Shown: piece by piece, positions 62,750-64,000 of the stretch
How positions within the stretch are numbered: the first letter of the stretch is position 1
Layout of the letters: every line of letters starts with the position of its first letter
Program-made: the position numbers and the translations under genes
The notes under the pieces: model-generated
What the model saw: only the letters and a program-made list of their open reading frames with translations
The model's database searches: none
Told to the model about the DNA's origin: nothing
DNA from: an uncultured candidatus Porisulfidus sp.
GTDB lineage: Bacteria; Pseudomonadota; Gammaproteobacteria; Poriferisulfidales; Poriferisulfidaceae
Direction: 5' to 3'
NCBI GenBank assembly: GCA_965204575.1
Contig: OZ241993.1
Location: 640,001-704,000, forward strand
Length of the DNA stretch: 64,000 nucleotides

Positions 62750-63593
62750 AGACCTGAAGATAAAACTGCCGGACGGAAGAACGCTGGCCTACGCCGAGTA
62801 CGGGGACTCCGGCGGTATCCCGGTTCTGGGTCTGCACGGCACGCCCGGGACCCGGCACATCTTTTCGCTCGGCGACGTTTCGGCTTGCAAGTATGGACTC
62901 CGCGTAATCGCGCCGGACCGGGCAGGCGTCGGAGATTCGGACGACCGCCCCGATCACAGTCTCGCGGGACATATCGAGGATGCCGTCGCGCTGCTGGATC
63001 ATCTCGGGATAGAGAAGTTCGCGGTGCTCGGTTTTTCCGGCGGGGGGCCCTATGCGGCGGAAGTCGCGAGGCAGGTGCCGCACCGGATACGGGCTCTGAC
63101 CCTGGTCAGCGCGCATGCGTTGAGCACGCCGCCCGGCCCGGGACATCGAGTCCTGATGAAACTGGCCAACGTCAGCATCCCGGTGGCCCGACTAATGTTC
63201 TTGGCGATTGCAATTCCTGCGGTCACAGCACCAAATTTCTCCCGGTTCCTGATTGGTCCCGGTCTTAATCGTAGTGATCGGCAGGCTTTGAGAGACCGGG
63301 AGATCCGTCGATGCCTTACCAAGGGCATTGCCGGAGTCCTCTGGAGTGGACGCGCGACCGCCTTTGAGGCGAGGAATTTCTATCGTGAACGCCCTCTTCC
63401 GCCGATGGCGCTGGATGTGCGGGTCCGAATCTGGCACGGGGCGGAAGACAAGGTGATTGTGCCGGAGGCGGCGTTTCTTTATTCGCGCATGTTTCCCGGC
63501 TCCTTTCTGACTGTCATCCCGGAGGTGGGACATCTGTGGGGGTTGGTGGCCTGCGACCAGGTGCTGGCGACCTTGGCCAGCGATTTGCGTTGA
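62742..63593 (+). CDS. alpha/beta hydrolase
   Basis: LPDGRTLAYAEYGD, HGTPG, GFSGGGPYA, WHGAED, GH. Confidence 0.9.
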   Translation: MNEDLKIKLPDGRTLAYAEYGDSGGIPVLGLHGTPGTRHIFSLGDVSACKYGLRVIAPDRAGVGDSDDRPDHSLAGHIEDAVALLDHLGIEKFAVLGFSGGGPYAAEVARQVPHRIRALTLVSAHALSTPPGPGHRVLMKLANVSIPVARLMFLAIAIPAVTAPNFSRFLIGPGLNRSDRQALRDREIRRCLTKGIAGVLWSGRATAFEARNFYRERPLPPMALDVRVRIWHGAEDKVIVPEAAFLYSRMFPGSFLTVIPEVGHLWGLVACDQVLATLASDLR

Positions 63594-63668
63594 AGCTTCG
63601 ATGGGACTAAAGACATTCCGTACAATGTTGACATCGCACGTTCAAAGAAGATCGAAAAGGAACAGGAC

Positions 63669-64000
63669 ATGACCGGTGAAACCCGGCATTGCACTAACGG
63701 GCCGGATGTGGACACCAGGCTGGCCGCAGCTGAGGCATTAGCAACCATCGCTCATTCCGGCCAGGTAGATAAATCTGGTCGACCGTATAGGAACCATTTG
63801 GAACGGGTTGCGTCTCGACTAGGGCCGGACACACATTCGATCATCGTCGCATGGCTGCATGACGTCATTGAAGATACGGAGGTGACGGAGCAATGCATCC
63901 GATCAGTGATCGGGGAATCTGTCGCGGATGATGTGCTGGTACTGACTAGGCGTGATGGCGAGACCTACAAGGACTACATTGCTCGTGTGTGCGCACACGG
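63669..64000 (+). CDS. HD-domain protein (SpoT/Mesh1-like hydrolase), truncated by window end
   Basis: AHSGQVDKSGRPY..HL.RV...AWLHDVIEDT...LTR...Y..YI.RV; not in ORF track. Confidence 0.85.
   Translation, partial: MTGETRHCTNGPDVDTRLAAAEALATIAHSGQVDKSGRPYRNHLERVASRLGPDTHSIIVAWLHDVIEDTEVTEQCIRSVIGESVADDVLVLTRRDGETYKDYIARVCAH

Overview
GC-rich gammaproteobacterial chromosome segment. A dsrS-like gene suggests a sulfur oxidiser; the many TA/RM modules and eroded genes are compatible with a host-associated lifestyle (inference). Core genes: pgi (partial), glucosylglycerate gpgP/gpgS, fbpABC, zur-znuCB, ogt, rpsP-rimM-trmD-rplS, rpoD, galU, mazG, nadC, an alanine symporter, phoBR, pstCAB, yggX, mutY, asmA, moaC, bioCH, plsY and three tRNAs (Ile2-CAT, Asn-GTT, Gly-CCC). 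Accessory inserts, none with a visible integrase: (1) a 2.3-11 kb defence/TA island with vapBC bracketed by a duplicated gpgS 3' end, a pentapeptide-FRG fusion, a frameshifted MmeI-like Type IIL RM gene, MNT-HEPN, and an unusual wHTH-GHKL-STAS-Fic fusion preceded by three 22-bp-phased repeats; (2) a cus efflux operon with a probable metal-sensing leader, plus GmrSD-like and Mrr-like nucleases beside tRNA-Ile2; (3) a copA remnant/copB and an orphan HEPN-like gene flanking tRNA-Asn; (4) an MTase plus an AlwI-like/NucS-like endonuclease; (5) an OMP, relBE and a secreted HNH nuclease between mutY and yggX; (6) an orphan fitA and fic. Several genes appear collapsed by internal deletions (aldehyde dehydrogenase, copA, fitB, the MmeI-like gene). 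The window ends with a YbiB-like/Sel1/MoxR/vWA/DsrS cluster. All family calls come from motif recognition by eye, not database searches.
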